Shown here piece after piece: positions 9,034 to 17,721 of a stretch of 64,000 bases of DNA; the stretch's first letter is position 1, and every line of letters begins with the position of its first letter. This stretch comes from Patescibacteria group bacterium (lineage in GTDB: Bacteria > Patescibacteriota > Minisyncoccia > Portnoybacterales > UBA2143), in contig JAHJSM010000001.1 of NCBI GenBank assembly GCA_018830295.1, positions 257,980-321,979 of the forward strand, given 5' to 3'. The translations under genes and the position numbers were made by a program. The notes below the pieces were generated by a model, which did not search any database, was not told the DNA's origin, and saw only the letters and a program-made list of their open reading frames with translations.

Positions 9034-9669
9034 TTATCCCAACATCTCCATCAAATCCTTTTTGCTAATGGGCCCGATGTGCGTGATTTTTGGCTTGGCA
9101 GAGGTTAGGTCTAAGATGGTTGAGGATTGGCTGTTTTGCAAATCACCTGCGTCCAAAAAGAGATTGGGGCGGAGATATGACTTTTCAAACGCTTTCATGA
9201 CATCTCTGGAATAAATCAAAGGCGGTTCTCTGTTAATTTTAGTTGAAGAGATAGTAATTGGTTCTTCAAAATTCTCGGCGAGAATTTGCGCGAAGGAGCA
9301 GTCGGGAATTCTGATTCCGACTGTTTTTTTATTAGCCACTAAAGTATCGGGAATAATTCCCTTTCTTGTTAAAATCGCCATCGCTGCTCCGGGCCAAATA
9401 TCCCCAAGAATTTTTTCCGTTTTTTTATCAATGTAAGCGAATTTTTTTGCCGTCTCAATATCGCGAACCATAATTGGAATTGGCTTCAACCGCGAACCAT
9501 TTTTAATTTTAAAAAGCCGCTCAACGCAAAGAGCGTCCAAAGCGTTAACCCCTAAGGCGTAAACTGTATCAGTCGGATAGACAATGCACCCGCCACGCCG
9601 CAAAACCTTGACCGCTTCATAAACGACATCCATTTCAAAATCATTCAAATTGAATTTTATAACTTTCAT
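9034..9669 (-). CDS. tsaC: L-threonylcarbamoyladenylate synthase (YrdC/Sua5 family)
   Basis: 211 aa; YrdC fold motif 'IVYPTDTVYALG'. Confidence 0.8.
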   Translation of the reverse strand: MKVIKFNLNDFEMDVVYEAVKVLRRGGCIVYPTDTVYALGVNALDALCVERLFKIKNGSRLKPIPIMVRDIETAKKFAYIDKKTEKILGDIWPGAAMAILTRKGIIPDTLVANKKTVGIRIPDCSFAQILAENFEEPITISSTKINREPPLIYSRDVMKAFEKSYLRPNLFLDAGDLQNSQSSTILDLTSAKPKITHIGPISKKDLMEMLG

Positions 9670-9765
9670 AAGTTTTTAAAAACTTGACGCGAAAGAGAAA
9701 ATATGGCAAGGTTTTAGTATAATCAATAAGTTCTTTAACTAACAAATAATAAAAGGGGGGATAAA

Positions 9766-10122
9766 ATGAGCGAAAAAAGAAAAATTATAGTGGTAGATGA
9801 CAATATCGATTTAGGAAAAATAACAAAAGAAATACTAAGTCGCATTGGAGGATACTTTGTAATATATTGCGACAGCGCGGCAAGCGCTTTATCAAAAATT
9901 CAATACGAGTTCATTCCTAATCTGGTCATTACTGACCTTCAAATGCCAATTATGAATGGATTAGAATTAACAGCAATACTAAAAGAAAAAATTCCTGATT
10001 TGCCAGTAATCATTTTAACTGGCAGACCTGGTTTAGTTCCAAAAGATAGTCCCGCTGATCTGGTCATAGAAAAACCATATCTCGTGGAACAACTTTTAGA
10101 AAAAGTTAAAAAACTAATATAA
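9766..10122 (+). CDS. receiver-only response regulator (CheY-like)
   Basis: 118 aa; 'VVDD' acidic pocket, phospho-acceptor Asp in 'VITDLQMP', conserved T/K positions; no output domain. Confidence 0.75.
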   Translation: MSEKRKIIVVDDNIDLGKITKEILSRIGGYFVIYCDSAASALSKIQYEFIPNLVITDLQMPIMNGLELTAILKEKIPDLPVIILTGRPGLVPKDSPADLVIEKPYLVEQLLEKVKKLI

Positions 10123-10163
10123 CAACCAACCAAAGCCAAGGACAACTTCCTTGGCTTTAACAT

Positions 10164-12587
10164 TTACATAACCAAATTGACCAACCTTTCTGGAATATAA
10201 ATAACTTTTTTGGGTTTCTCGCCATCGGTCCACTTTTGTATTTTCTCCCGCGACAAAGCCAATTTTTCAATTTCCTTTTCGGAAATTCCCGCTTCAACTT
10301 CTATAATATCTCTCATTTTTCCGTTAATTTGAATAATAATCTTAACATTTTTTTCTTGAATAATTTCAGCGTCATAAGACGGCCATTTCTCTAAAAAGAT
10401 ACTCTTTTTATTACTCAACCTTTCCCACAATTCCTCCGCGATATGCGGCGCGAAAGGAGAAAGCAAAAGCAAAAACTTTTTCCAAACCTCCAAAGAAACA
10501 CTACCGCTTTTTTCCGCTTCGTTGGCGAAAATCATCATCTGACTGATCGCCGTATTAAATTTGAATTCCTCAATATCTTCTGTCACTTTTTTAATTGTTT
10601 TGTGCAAAAGTTTTTCCAAATTATTATCTTTTATATTATCTATCTTGTTCCCTCTTCGCCAAACCTTTTCCAAAAACCTTTTTACGCCCATAATCCCTTT
10701 TGTATTCCACGGCTTAGCGTCTTCAAGAGGCCCCATAAACATTTCGTAAAGACGCAAAATATCAGCGCCATATTCAGCGACAATCTTATCGGGATTAACG
10801 ACATTCCCCTTTGACTTGCTCATTTTAGTCCCGTCTTCGGCGAGAATCGTCCCTTGATGCCTCAACTTCAAAAACGGCTCATTAAAATCAACCAAACCAT
10901 ATTTTTGCAAAACCTTCGCAAAAAATCTCGCGTATAAAAGATGCAAAACAGAATGCTCCGCTCCGCCAACATAAATATCAACGGGCAACCATTTTTTTAG
11001 CGCCTTTTTCCCCGCGAACTCTTTGCTGTTTTTGGGGTCAGCGTATCTTAAATAATACCAAGACGAACAAACAAAAGTATCCATTGTGTCCGACTCCCTT
11101 TTCGCCGCCGCCCCGCATTTAGGGCATTTTACATTTTGAAATTTCTTCGCGTATTTAAGAGGCGATTCGCCAGTCGGCATAAAATCAACATCTCTTGGCA
11201 ACTTCACGGGTAAATCCTTCTCGGGAACAGGAACCGCCCCGCATTTTTCGCAGTAAATAATGGGAATAGGCGCCCCCCAATATCTTTGGCGACTCACTAG
11301 CCAATCTCTTAATTTGTAGTTAACAGTTCGCCCGCCCAATTTCTTCTTTTCCAGCCAATCAACTATTTTTTCCGTCGCCTTCTCTTTGTTCAACTCATCT
11401 AAAAAGGAGGAATTAATATGCGGACCATCGCCGACAAACGCTTCTTTTCCAACATCGCCCCCCTTAAGAACTTCAACGAGCGGCAATTTATATTTTGTCG
11501 CGAACTCCCAATCCCTTTGGTCATGCGCTGGAACCGCCATCACCGCGCCCGTCCCGTAATCAGCCAAAACATAATCGGCGATAAAGACAGGAATTTCCCC
11601 ACCGTTGACGGGATTAACCGCTAAAACGCCGTCTAATTTGACGCCCGTTTTTTCCTTCGCCAAATCAGTCCTTTCCAATTCGGTTTTTTTTCGCGCCTTA
11701 ATTCTATATTTCTCAACCTCGCTCCAATTTCTAATTGACTCCCTAAATTCTCCAACCAATGGATGCTCTGGAGAAAGGACGAAATACGAACAACCGAAAA
11801 GAGTGTCGGCGCGAGTCGTGTATATCCCAATTCCTTTTTCAAGGCCAAATTTTTCACTCTTCAATGAAAATTTAACCGCCGCCCCTTCTGACCTGCCAAT
11901 CCAGTTTTTTTGTATTTGCTTGGTTGACTCGGGCCAATCAACATCATCCAACCCGCTGATTAAACCTTTTATTTTCCTCCCCTTATAATTTTGGTCTTCA
12001 ATAAAGTCTGTTATCTTAAAAAACCATTGCTCCAAATCCTTTTGAATCACAGGACTCTCGCACCTTTCGCATTTCCCCCCTTCCGCCTGCTCATTCGCCA
12101 AGACCGTCTGACATTTCTCGCACCAATTAACTCTCGCTTTCTTTTTGTAAGCCAGCCCGTTTTTATAAAAAAGAAGAAAAAACCACTGCGTCCATTTATA
12201 ATATTCCGCCTCCGACGAATTAATCTCTCTTTCCCAATCGTAAGAAAAACCAAGTGAATTTATCTGCCGCTTAAAAACGCTTATCGCTTTTTTAACGGTC
12301 TCAGCCGGATGAATTCCCATCTTAATCGCGTAATTTTCCGCCGGCAAACCAAAAGCGTCCCACCCCTGCGGATACAAAACATTATACCCTCGCATCCTTG
12401 AAAAACGCGCGTAAATATCCGTCGCCGTATACGATTCCACATGCCCCATATGCAACCCGCTCCCCGAAGGATAAGGGAACATATCCAAAACATACCTCTT
12501 CTCCTTCAGTCGGCTTTGGTAAAGCCGAACAGCCGCCCATCTCTTCCGCCACTTCCCCTCAATTTTATTTGGATTATATTTCTCCAT
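10164..12587 (-). CDS. leuS: leucyl-tRNA synthetase
   Basis: 807 aa; class I HIGH 'HMGHV' and KMSKS motifs, CP1 editing region. Confidence 0.95.
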   Translation of the reverse strand: MEKYNPNKIEGKWRKRWAAVRLYQSRLKEKRYVLDMFPYPSGSGLHMGHVESYTATDIYARFSRMRGYNVLYPQGWDAFGLPAENYAIKMGIHPAETVKKAISVFKRQINSLGFSYDWEREINSSEAEYYKWTQWFFLLFYKNGLAYKKKARVNWCEKCQTVLANEQAEGGKCERCESPVIQKDLEQWFFKITDFIEDQNYKGRKIKGLISGLDDVDWPESTKQIQKNWIGRSEGAAVKFSLKSEKFGLEKGIGIYTTRADTLFGCSYFVLSPEHPLVGEFRESIRNWSEVEKYRIKARKKTELERTDLAKEKTGVKLDGVLAVNPVNGGEIPVFIADYVLADYGTGAVMAVPAHDQRDWEFATKYKLPLVEVLKGGDVGKEAFVGDGPHINSSFLDELNKEKATEKIVDWLEKKKLGGRTVNYKLRDWLVSRQRYWGAPIPIIYCEKCGAVPVPEKDLPVKLPRDVDFMPTGESPLKYAKKFQNVKCPKCGAAAKRESDTMDTFVCSSWYYLRYADPKNSKEFAGKKALKKWLPVDIYVGGAEHSVLHLLYARFFAKVLQKYGLVDFNEPFLKLRHQGTILAEDGTKMSKSKGNVVNPDKIVAEYGADILRLYEMFMGPLEDAKPWNTKGIMGVKRFLEKVWRRGNKIDNIKDNNLEKLLHKTIKKVTEDIEEFKFNTAISQMMIFANEAEKSGSVSLEVWKKFLLLLSPFAPHIAEELWERLSNKKSIFLEKWPSYDAEIIQEKNVKIIIQINGKMRDIIEVEAGISEKEIEKLALSREKIQKWTDGEKPKKVIYIPERLVNLVM

Positions 12588-12643
12588 ATTCTTATAATAA
12601 AATAATAACCCATTTCCGGGCTATTATCAAATAAAAACAATAT

Positions 12644-12668
12644 AATTCGGCTTTACTAAAGCCGAATT
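12644..12668 (-). terminator. perfect palindrome AATTCGGCTTTACTAAAGCCGAATT abutting the tatD stop, T-rich on the minus strand afterwards
   Basis: Read directly; a near-identical palindrome recurs at 24871-24893. Confidence 0.5.
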
Positions 12669-13469
12669 TTACACCCCGAATAATTCTCTCGCGTTTTTTG
12701 TTGTTTGCGCGGCTATTTCTTCAAAACTGACGCCTTTTATTTCCGCCAATTTTTCCGCCACATATTTGACATAAAGCGGCTCATTTCTTTCTTTGCGATG
12801 CGGGACAGGGGATAAATATGGGCAGTCCGTTTCTAATAATATCTTTTCCAAAGGTATTTTTTTTATCATTTTATCATAATCCCGCGCGTAGGTGATAATT
12901 CCGTTAAAGCCCAAATGAAAACCCATTTCCAAAAACTTTTCCGCTTGCGGCAATCGTCCCATAAAGCAATGAATAACTCCCCGCAATTTTGGCGAACAAG
13001 AATGAGGACAATGAGCGCATCCAAAACTAAACATTTCCAACAATTCAATCAAGTCGTCATACGCCTTTCGGCAATGAAAAATTATGGGTTTACCCGCTTG
13101 CTGCGCTAATTCTACCTGCTGCGCCAAGACCTCTTTCTGTTTGTCTTTCGCTTCCTGGCTAATGCCATCGCCATATTCCAAACCAATCTCGCCCACCGCT
13201 ACCACTTTTGGATTTTTCAATAATTCCCCATACTTCCCTGCGTCAAAAACCTCCGCGACATGACTTGGGTGAAGCCCAACCGCGGCGTAAACCCCTTCTT
13301 TGTGTTTCTCCGCGTATTCAATCGCCCGACGGCTCGTGCTATACTGCGCCCCCGCGTTAATCATCCAAACCCCCGCCTCCAAAGCTCGTCCGATAACCGC
13401 CTCTCCGTCGTCTTTATAGGCGTTAAAATTTATGTGCGAATGCGTATCAAACAAAATTGGTTCTTTCAT
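12669..13469 (-). CDS. tatD: TatD family metal-dependent DNase/hydrolase
   Basis: 266 aa; N-terminal 'DTHSHI' metal-binding motif and TIM-barrel hydrolase pattern. Confidence 0.85.
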   Translation of the reverse strand: MKEPILFDTHSHINFNAYKDDGEAVIGRALEAGVWMINAGAQYSTSRRAIEYAEKHKEGVYAAVGLHPSHVAEVFDAGKYGELLKNPKVVAVGEIGLEYGDGISQEAKDKQKEVLAQQVELAQQAGKPIIFHCRKAYDDLIELLEMFSFGCAHCPHSCSPKLRGVIHCFMGRLPQAEKFLEMGFHLGFNGIITYARDYDKMIKKIPLEKILLETDCPYLSPVPHRKERNEPLYVKYVAEKLAEIKGVSFEEIAAQTTKNARELFGV

Positions 13470-13545
13470 AAATGTATAATCGTATTGTTAAAAATTAAGT
13501 TTTGGTATAGAATAAATCAGGCGATAGAATAAATGAATTTATAAT

Positions 13546-13899
13546 ATGAAAGACGGGAATCACTTAATCCTTGATTTGAAAAATTGCGAAAAGATAGAAA
13601 AGCTTTCAAGTAAAAAATTCGTAGAGAACTTTATTTTTGAATTGGTAAAAATCGCGGAGATGAAAGCGATCATCAAACCGAAAGTGCTGTATTATGAACA
13701 CGAAGAAAAAGAAGAAAGCGGAGTCACCGGATTTGTCATAATCGCCGACAGCCATGTGAGCATCCACACTTATCCCTTCAAAGAATCCTTGTATCTTGAC
13801 TTATTTTCCTGCAAAAAATTCAATTCTCGGAAAATAGTCAATCTCGTTCAAAAAACTTTTGAACCAAAAAAATTAACCAAAAAACTAATTAAAAGATAG
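13546..13899 (+). CDS. speH: S-adenosylmethionine decarboxylase proenzyme (pyruvoyl-dependent, small SpeH-type)
   Basis: 117 aa; 'HLILDL.NC' and 'ADSHVSIHTYP' (self-cleavage Ser) plus 'DLFSC' match class 1 AdoMetDC. Confidence 0.65.
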   Translation: MKDGNHLILDLKNCEKIEKLSSKKFVENFIFELVKIAEMKAIIKPKVLYYEHEEKEESGVTGFVIIADSHVSIHTYPFKESLYLDLFSCKKFNSRKIVNLVQKTFEPKKLTKKLIKR

Positions 13900-13907
13900 A
13901 GAATGAT

Positions 13908-15353
13908 TTACAACCGAGGGAAGAGCGCCTCGGTTTTTTTGTTTTGCTTGATTTGCTCTAAAATCTTTTCGGCCGTTCGCGGCATAAATGGTTTGAGCAA
14001 AATGGCGATTTCTTTTAGGGAAACGAGCAAATCCGAGATTACTTCATTAAACTTTTTTTCGTCGTTCTTTTGCAATTCCCATGGTTTGTTTTTTTCAACA
14101 TACTCATCGCAAACCGAAATTAATTTCCAAACCGCCTCCAACGCTTCATTAAATTTAATCTCCCCAAGCGCTTTTTTATAATTTTCTTTGGTTAATTTAA
14201 TCTCTTCTTCTATCTTATGATTTATGATTCCTGATTCCTGATTCATTTTTATTTTCTCCGCCAAGGTTAAAACCCGGCTAACCAAATTCCCCAACCCATT
14301 CGCCAAATCGGCATTGTATCTTTCTTTAAGCCGTTCGGCGCTAAAATCACCATCTTCTGTGCTGGAAAATTCTCGCAAAACATAATAACGAACAACTTCG
14401 GCTCCGTATTTTTCAACAACATCAAAAGGATTAACAACATTGCCGATTGACTTGGACATTTTTTGCCCTTCAGAAGTAAAATACCCGTGAATAAAGACCT
14501 TTTTGGGCAAAGGCAGTTCGGCCGCCAAAAGCATCGCTGGCCACAAAAGAGTATGAAATCGCAAAATGTCTTTTCCGACGCAATGGATATCAGCCGGCCA
14601 ATACCGCTCAAAATTCTTTTCATTGCCGCCATATCCAAGCGCGGAAATATAATTGCAAAGCGCCTCAAACCAGACATAAATCGTTTGCGAAGCGTCCTTT
14701 TCAACGGGAATTCCCCAAGTAAGATTTTCCTTGGGTCGAGAGATACTCACATCCTCAACCCCTTGTTTAATTAAACCCAAAATCTCTTTTTTCCTTTTTT
14801 CGGGGACAATGCCTAATTCATTTTTTTCAATCATCTCCTTTACTCTCGGAATGTATTTTGATAATTTGAAAAAATAGTTTTCTTCCTCTAAAACATCTGG
14901 TTCTTTTTTGTGTATCGGGCATTTGCCGTCAACCAAATCGCTTTGATTAAGATACGCCTCGCACCCGGCGCAATAAAGCCCCTCGTATTTTCCTTTATAA
15001 ATATCTCCTTTGCTATTCAAAATATCCCAGATTTTATAAACAGACGGCCAATGGCGTTTTGAGTCGCTTGTTCTAATAAAATCATCGTTTGATATATTCA
15101 AAACCTCTGTTAATCTCTTAAATTCAGATGTGTTCTCGTCAATAAGCGCCTGAACAGATTTCCCGGTTTTTTCAGCCGTCCTAACTATTTTTATCCCATG
15201 CTCATCCGCCCCCGTTAAAAAGAAAACATCATCCCCCAACTGACGATAATAGCGCGCCAAAACATCCGCCTGAACCATCTCCAAGGCATGTCCAATATGA
15301 GGAACCGAATTAACATAAAAAATACTGGTGGTGATATAGAATTTATTCTTCAT
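13908..15353 (-). CDS. metG: methionyl-tRNA synthetase (short form)
   Basis: 481 aa; 'HIGHAL' and 'KMSKSIGN' class I motifs, CxxC zinc knuckle. Confidence 0.9.
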   Translation of the reverse strand: MKNKFYITTSIFYVNSVPHIGHALEMVQADVLARYYRQLGDDVFFLTGADEHGIKIVRTAEKTGKSVQALIDENTSEFKRLTEVLNISNDDFIRTSDSKRHWPSVYKIWDILNSKGDIYKGKYEGLYCAGCEAYLNQSDLVDGKCPIHKKEPDVLEEENYFFKLSKYIPRVKEMIEKNELGIVPEKRKKEILGLIKQGVEDVSISRPKENLTWGIPVEKDASQTIYVWFEALCNYISALGYGGNEKNFERYWPADIHCVGKDILRFHTLLWPAMLLAAELPLPKKVFIHGYFTSEGQKMSKSIGNVVNPFDVVEKYGAEVVRYYVLREFSSTEDGDFSAERLKERYNADLANGLGNLVSRVLTLAEKIKMNQESGIINHKIEEEIKLTKENYKKALGEIKFNEALEAVWKLISVCDEYVEKNKPWELQKNDEKKFNEVISDLLVSLKEIAILLKPFMPRTAEKILEQIKQNKKTEALFPRL

Positions 15354-16206
15354 TTTTTAAACAAAAACTATCCAACGGACTGCGAATATTTTTTAATTTA
15401 TTGGTAGCCACCTTCGTATAAATTTGTGTTGTTTCTAACCTTTTATGCCCCAATAATTCTTGAATATATCTTATACTTACACCGCTTTCAAGTAAATGCG
15501 TCGCGAAACTATGCCGTAAACTATGGCAACTGACTTGCTTTTTTATGCCAGATTTTTTTAACGCGCTACTAAAAGTTTTTTGAACTGCCCGTTCCGTTAA
15601 TTTCCCTCCTCTCAAACTTTCAAAAACATAATTATTAGCTTCTTTGGTTTTGATATATTTCTCCAAAACACCCGCAACTTTTTCAGATAAAATAGTTATT
15701 CTATCTTTCGCTCCTTTGGCTTGCCTAATTCTAACTGCTCTGCCGCCAAAATCCAAATCTTGAACCTTAACATTAACAACCTCTGAAACGCGCAGCCCAG
15801 ACGAATACATTAAAGCCAATAATAATTTGTGTTTAACATTTTGAACAGTGGCTAAAATATTCGCTATTTCTTTTTTGCTTAAAACTTCCGGCAATCTCTT
15901 TGCCTTTTTGGCTCTTGGTATATTTATAAAAAATTTTCGGCGGAGAATTTTCTCAAAATAAAATTTCAACGCGCTATAGGCGGTATTTAAGGTCGAACTT
16001 GATTTTCTATTATCGGATAATTTTTCCAAATAAATTCTAATGTCCGCCGTGTTAATTGTTTTCGGATTTTTATTTGCGAATTTTAATATGTTCGTGATAT
16101 AATACAGGTAGGATTTAATAGTTTTATCGCTGAACCTCCGCAATTTCATTTCCTGCTTTAATTGCAATATTGGATTCTTGCTCGGATATTGATAATTACT
16201 GTTCAT
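15343..16206 (-). CDS. tyrosine site-specific recombinase, Xer-like (XerC/XerD family)
   Basis: 287 aa; catalytic R ('LRVSE'), 'HSLRHSFAT' box, 'LGH', Tyr in 'IYTKV'; R-to-H spacing is Xer-like, not IntI-like; overlaps the metG start by 11 nt. Confidence 0.8.
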   Translation of the reverse strand: MNSNYQYPSKNPILQLKQEMKLRRFSDKTIKSYLYYITNILKFANKNPKTINTADIRIYLEKLSDNRKSSSTLNTAYSALKFYFEKILRRKFFINIPRAKKAKRLPEVLSKKEIANILATVQNVKHKLLLALMYSSGLRVSEVVNVKVQDLDFGGRAVRIRQAKGAKDRITILSEKVAGVLEKYIKTKEANNYVFESLRGGKLTERAVQKTFSSALKKSGIKKQVSCHSLRHSFATHLLESGVSIRYIQELLGHKRLETTQIYTKVATNKLKNIRSPLDSFCLKNEE

Positions 16207-16297
16207 AGTATTGTTATGATCGGAAGTTAATGCGATTATTTTATCTCGTTTGTCAAATCAAGTCAATAAGTTCGTATATAACTTGTTATACGCAATC

Positions 16298-16748
16298 GGC
16301 ACGGGGCACTATAAAAGCAAAAATTATAAAAGGAATGATATTCTTATGAATAATATGGCTCAAAAATCAAAATATCAAATTTATCAAATAGCAAAATTTG
16401 TTATTCTTTCAGTTATAATAATTTATTTTTTGTATTTCAAGATGCATATCCCTGTAACCCTTGTTTTAATTCTCGAAATTTTACTTTTTATTAAACTTCT
16501 TCCGATTACAAAATTTGTTGAAGGAAAAATTATTAGATATTACCCAAAATATGACAACTTCAATATTTGGATAAAACGTTTAATCTTGTTAGTTTCCTGG
16601 ATTTTGATTTTTATAATTCTAAAATTTATTATTGTTAATATCATAATGATTAAAATATTGAATATACCTGTTGAACAACAGATTTATGATTTCATTAACA
16701 AAACTGCTAAATAATTTTTGCAGATAAAAAAATGACGTGCCCCGTGCC
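16298..16748. repeat. AT-rich 451-bp segment bounded by perfect 12-bp inverted repeats GGCACGGGGCAC (16298-16309) and GTGCCCCGTGCC (16737-16748)
   Basis: Read directly; the segment contains one small ORF. Confidence 0.75.
16346..16714 (+). CDS. small hydrophobic membrane protein (cassette ORF), ATG re-assigned to 16346
   Basis: About 122 aa in-frame with track ORF 16250-16714; AAGGA 11 nt upstream; very AT-rich and Ile/Leu/Lys-rich with 3-4 predicted TM helices; entirely inside the inverted-repeat-bounded segment. Confidence 0.45.
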   Translation: MNNMAQKSKYQIYQIAKFVILSVIIIYFLYFKMHIPVTLVLILEILLFIKLLPITKFVEGKIIRYYPKYDNFNIWIKRLILLVSWILIFIILKFIIVNIIMIKILNIPVEQQIYDFINKTAK

Positions 16749-16806
16749 GACTTCTCCGCTTCGCTCCGACCACGCCTTGCAGGCTCTCCTCCTTTCAGTC
16801 GTCGGG

Positions 16807-16892
16807 GCGTATAACAAGGATTATGAGGAAAATTCCTGCTGAATTTTCCCAAATTTGCTTCGCAAACTTCTCATAATCCTGATGTTATACGC
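16807..16892. repeat. 86-bp imperfect palindrome with extrahelical bases (GCGTATAACA-AGGATTATGAG ... CTCATAATCCT-GA-TGTTATACGC), nested hairpin GGAAAATTC/GAATTTTCC
   Basis: Read directly; its right end TGTTATACGCAAT (16883-16895) is a 13-bp direct repeat of 16284-16296, next to the recombinase gene. Confidence 0.7.
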
Positions 16893-16961
16893 AATTCAAA
16901 AAGCCTCTCTTTATTAATCAATTTAATAATTTTAGCAATTTATTTTTTTAACTAGACCAAT

Positions 16962-17504
16962 ATGAACGAGCTAAATCAAAAATTTACACCCTCCTTAGAA
17001 AAAATGGAAAAAGTAGAACCTCAAATCGAAACGGCAACAACCAAAAACATTAAGGATATTCAAAATTTGAATAGACTGTTGTTTGAAGAAGAGTTCGTTA
17101 AATACGACAAAACTATTAATTGTGATTGGCCATTATCTCAAGATGGGGAAGATTTTTACAAAGAAAGAGTTGAGAGCAAAAAAGGCTGCGCTTTTGTTTT
17201 AAAAATTAACGAGAAGATTGTTGGTTATCTTGCTGGAAGCTTGTCGGAAAATGAATTTTATAGAAATGTAGATAGTTTTGCTGAGTTAGATGATATGTAT
17301 ATCATAGAAGAACATAGAAGAGCTGGACATGGTAAAAAACTTTATGATGCTTTCATTGGTTGGTGTAAAGAAAACGCCGTCAAAAGAATTAAAGTACTTG
17401 TCACAGCTAGAAATACCCAAGCTATCAAATTTTATAAAACCCAAGGATTTAATGACTACAATGTCACCTTGGAATCTGATATTGACCAGTTAAATAAATT
17501 GTAA
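16962..17504 (+). CDS. GNAT family N-acetyltransferase
   Basis: 180 aa; acetyl-CoA binding motif A-like 'HRRAGHGKKLYDAF' and GNAT fold pattern. Confidence 0.8.
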   Translation: MNELNQKFTPSLEKMEKVEPQIETATTKNIKDIQNLNRLLFEEEFVKYDKTINCDWPLSQDGEDFYKERVESKKGCAFVLKINEKIVGYLAGSLSENEFYRNVDSFAELDDMYIIEEHRRAGHGKKLYDAFIGWCKENAVKRIKVLVTARNTQAIKFYKTQGFNDYNVTLESDIDQLNKL

Positions 17505-17546
17505 AAAATTATTATTAAACAAAAATAAACGCGATTTCGGTAAACT

Positions 17547-17577
17547 AAAAAACCGTCTTATAGCAAGGCGGTTTTTT
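17547..17577 (+). terminator. hairpin AAAAAACCG...CGGTTTTTT after the GNAT gene
   Basis: Short G/C core with flanking A/T run; moderate. Confidence 0.4.
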
Positions 17578-17581
17578 AGCG

Positions 17582-17651
17582 TGGAGCCAAGGGGAATCGA
17601 ACCCCTCATTTCCGAGTGTCAAGCACGGAAACCTCGCCATGAGGTGGCCCC
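17582..17651 (-). other. tRNA-like element with canonical T-arm and acceptor but non-canonical D/anticodon region; possible degenerate tRNA or att-site remnant
   Basis: Minus-strand read GGGGCCA-CC-TCATGGCGAGG-TTTCCGTGCTTGACACTCGGAAA-TG-AGGGG-TTCGATT-CCCCT-TGGCTCC-A; acceptor 7 bp with one G-U; no 4-bp D-stem can be drawn; anticodon region needs an 11-nt loop or a stem with a U-U mismatch (loop CUUGACA, anticodon UGA); no CCA. Confidence 0.3.
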
Positions 17652-17699
17652 TTAAACTCCACAGGAGCATAATATCATAAAAATAAACAAAAAGAAAAC

Positions 17700-17721
17700 C
17701 CGAGAAGTAATTCTCGGATTT
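17700..17721. terminator. hairpin CCGAGAA-GTAA-TTCTCGG with T-runs on both strands (bidirectional terminator-like), downstream of rsmI
   Basis: Read directly. Confidence 0.45.

Noticed and set aside
8945-9214. Track ORF 8945-9214 (+) overlapping tRNA-Leu
   Set aside because: It overlaps a canonical tRNA gene and the 3' end of tsaC on the other strand; spurious.
14221-14245. TGATTCC tandem triplet (tgattcctgattcctgattc) as a microsatellite or regulatory repeat
   Set aside because: It lies inside metG and simply encodes ...ESGIINH... on the minus strand; a short coding coincidence.
15343-16206. Calling the recombinase an integron integrase (IntI)
   Set aside because: The distance between the catalytic Arg (LRVSE) and the HxLRH box is ~89 residues, Xer-like. 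IntI proteins carry an extra ~35-residue insertion there, so only the site topology, not the enzyme, is integron-like.
16619-16852. Track ORF 16619-16852 (-), Arg/Gly-rich 77 aa
   Set aside because: It is generated by the GC-rich inverted-repeat tail (16737-16806) of the cassette; its composition is unlike genuine proteins of this genome.
17582-17651. Calling a standard tRNA (e.g. tRNA-Ser(UGA))
   Set aside because: No canonical D-stem can be drawn; the anticodon stem needs a U-U mismatch or an 11-nt loop; there is no long variable arm expected for Ser; kept only as tRNA-like.
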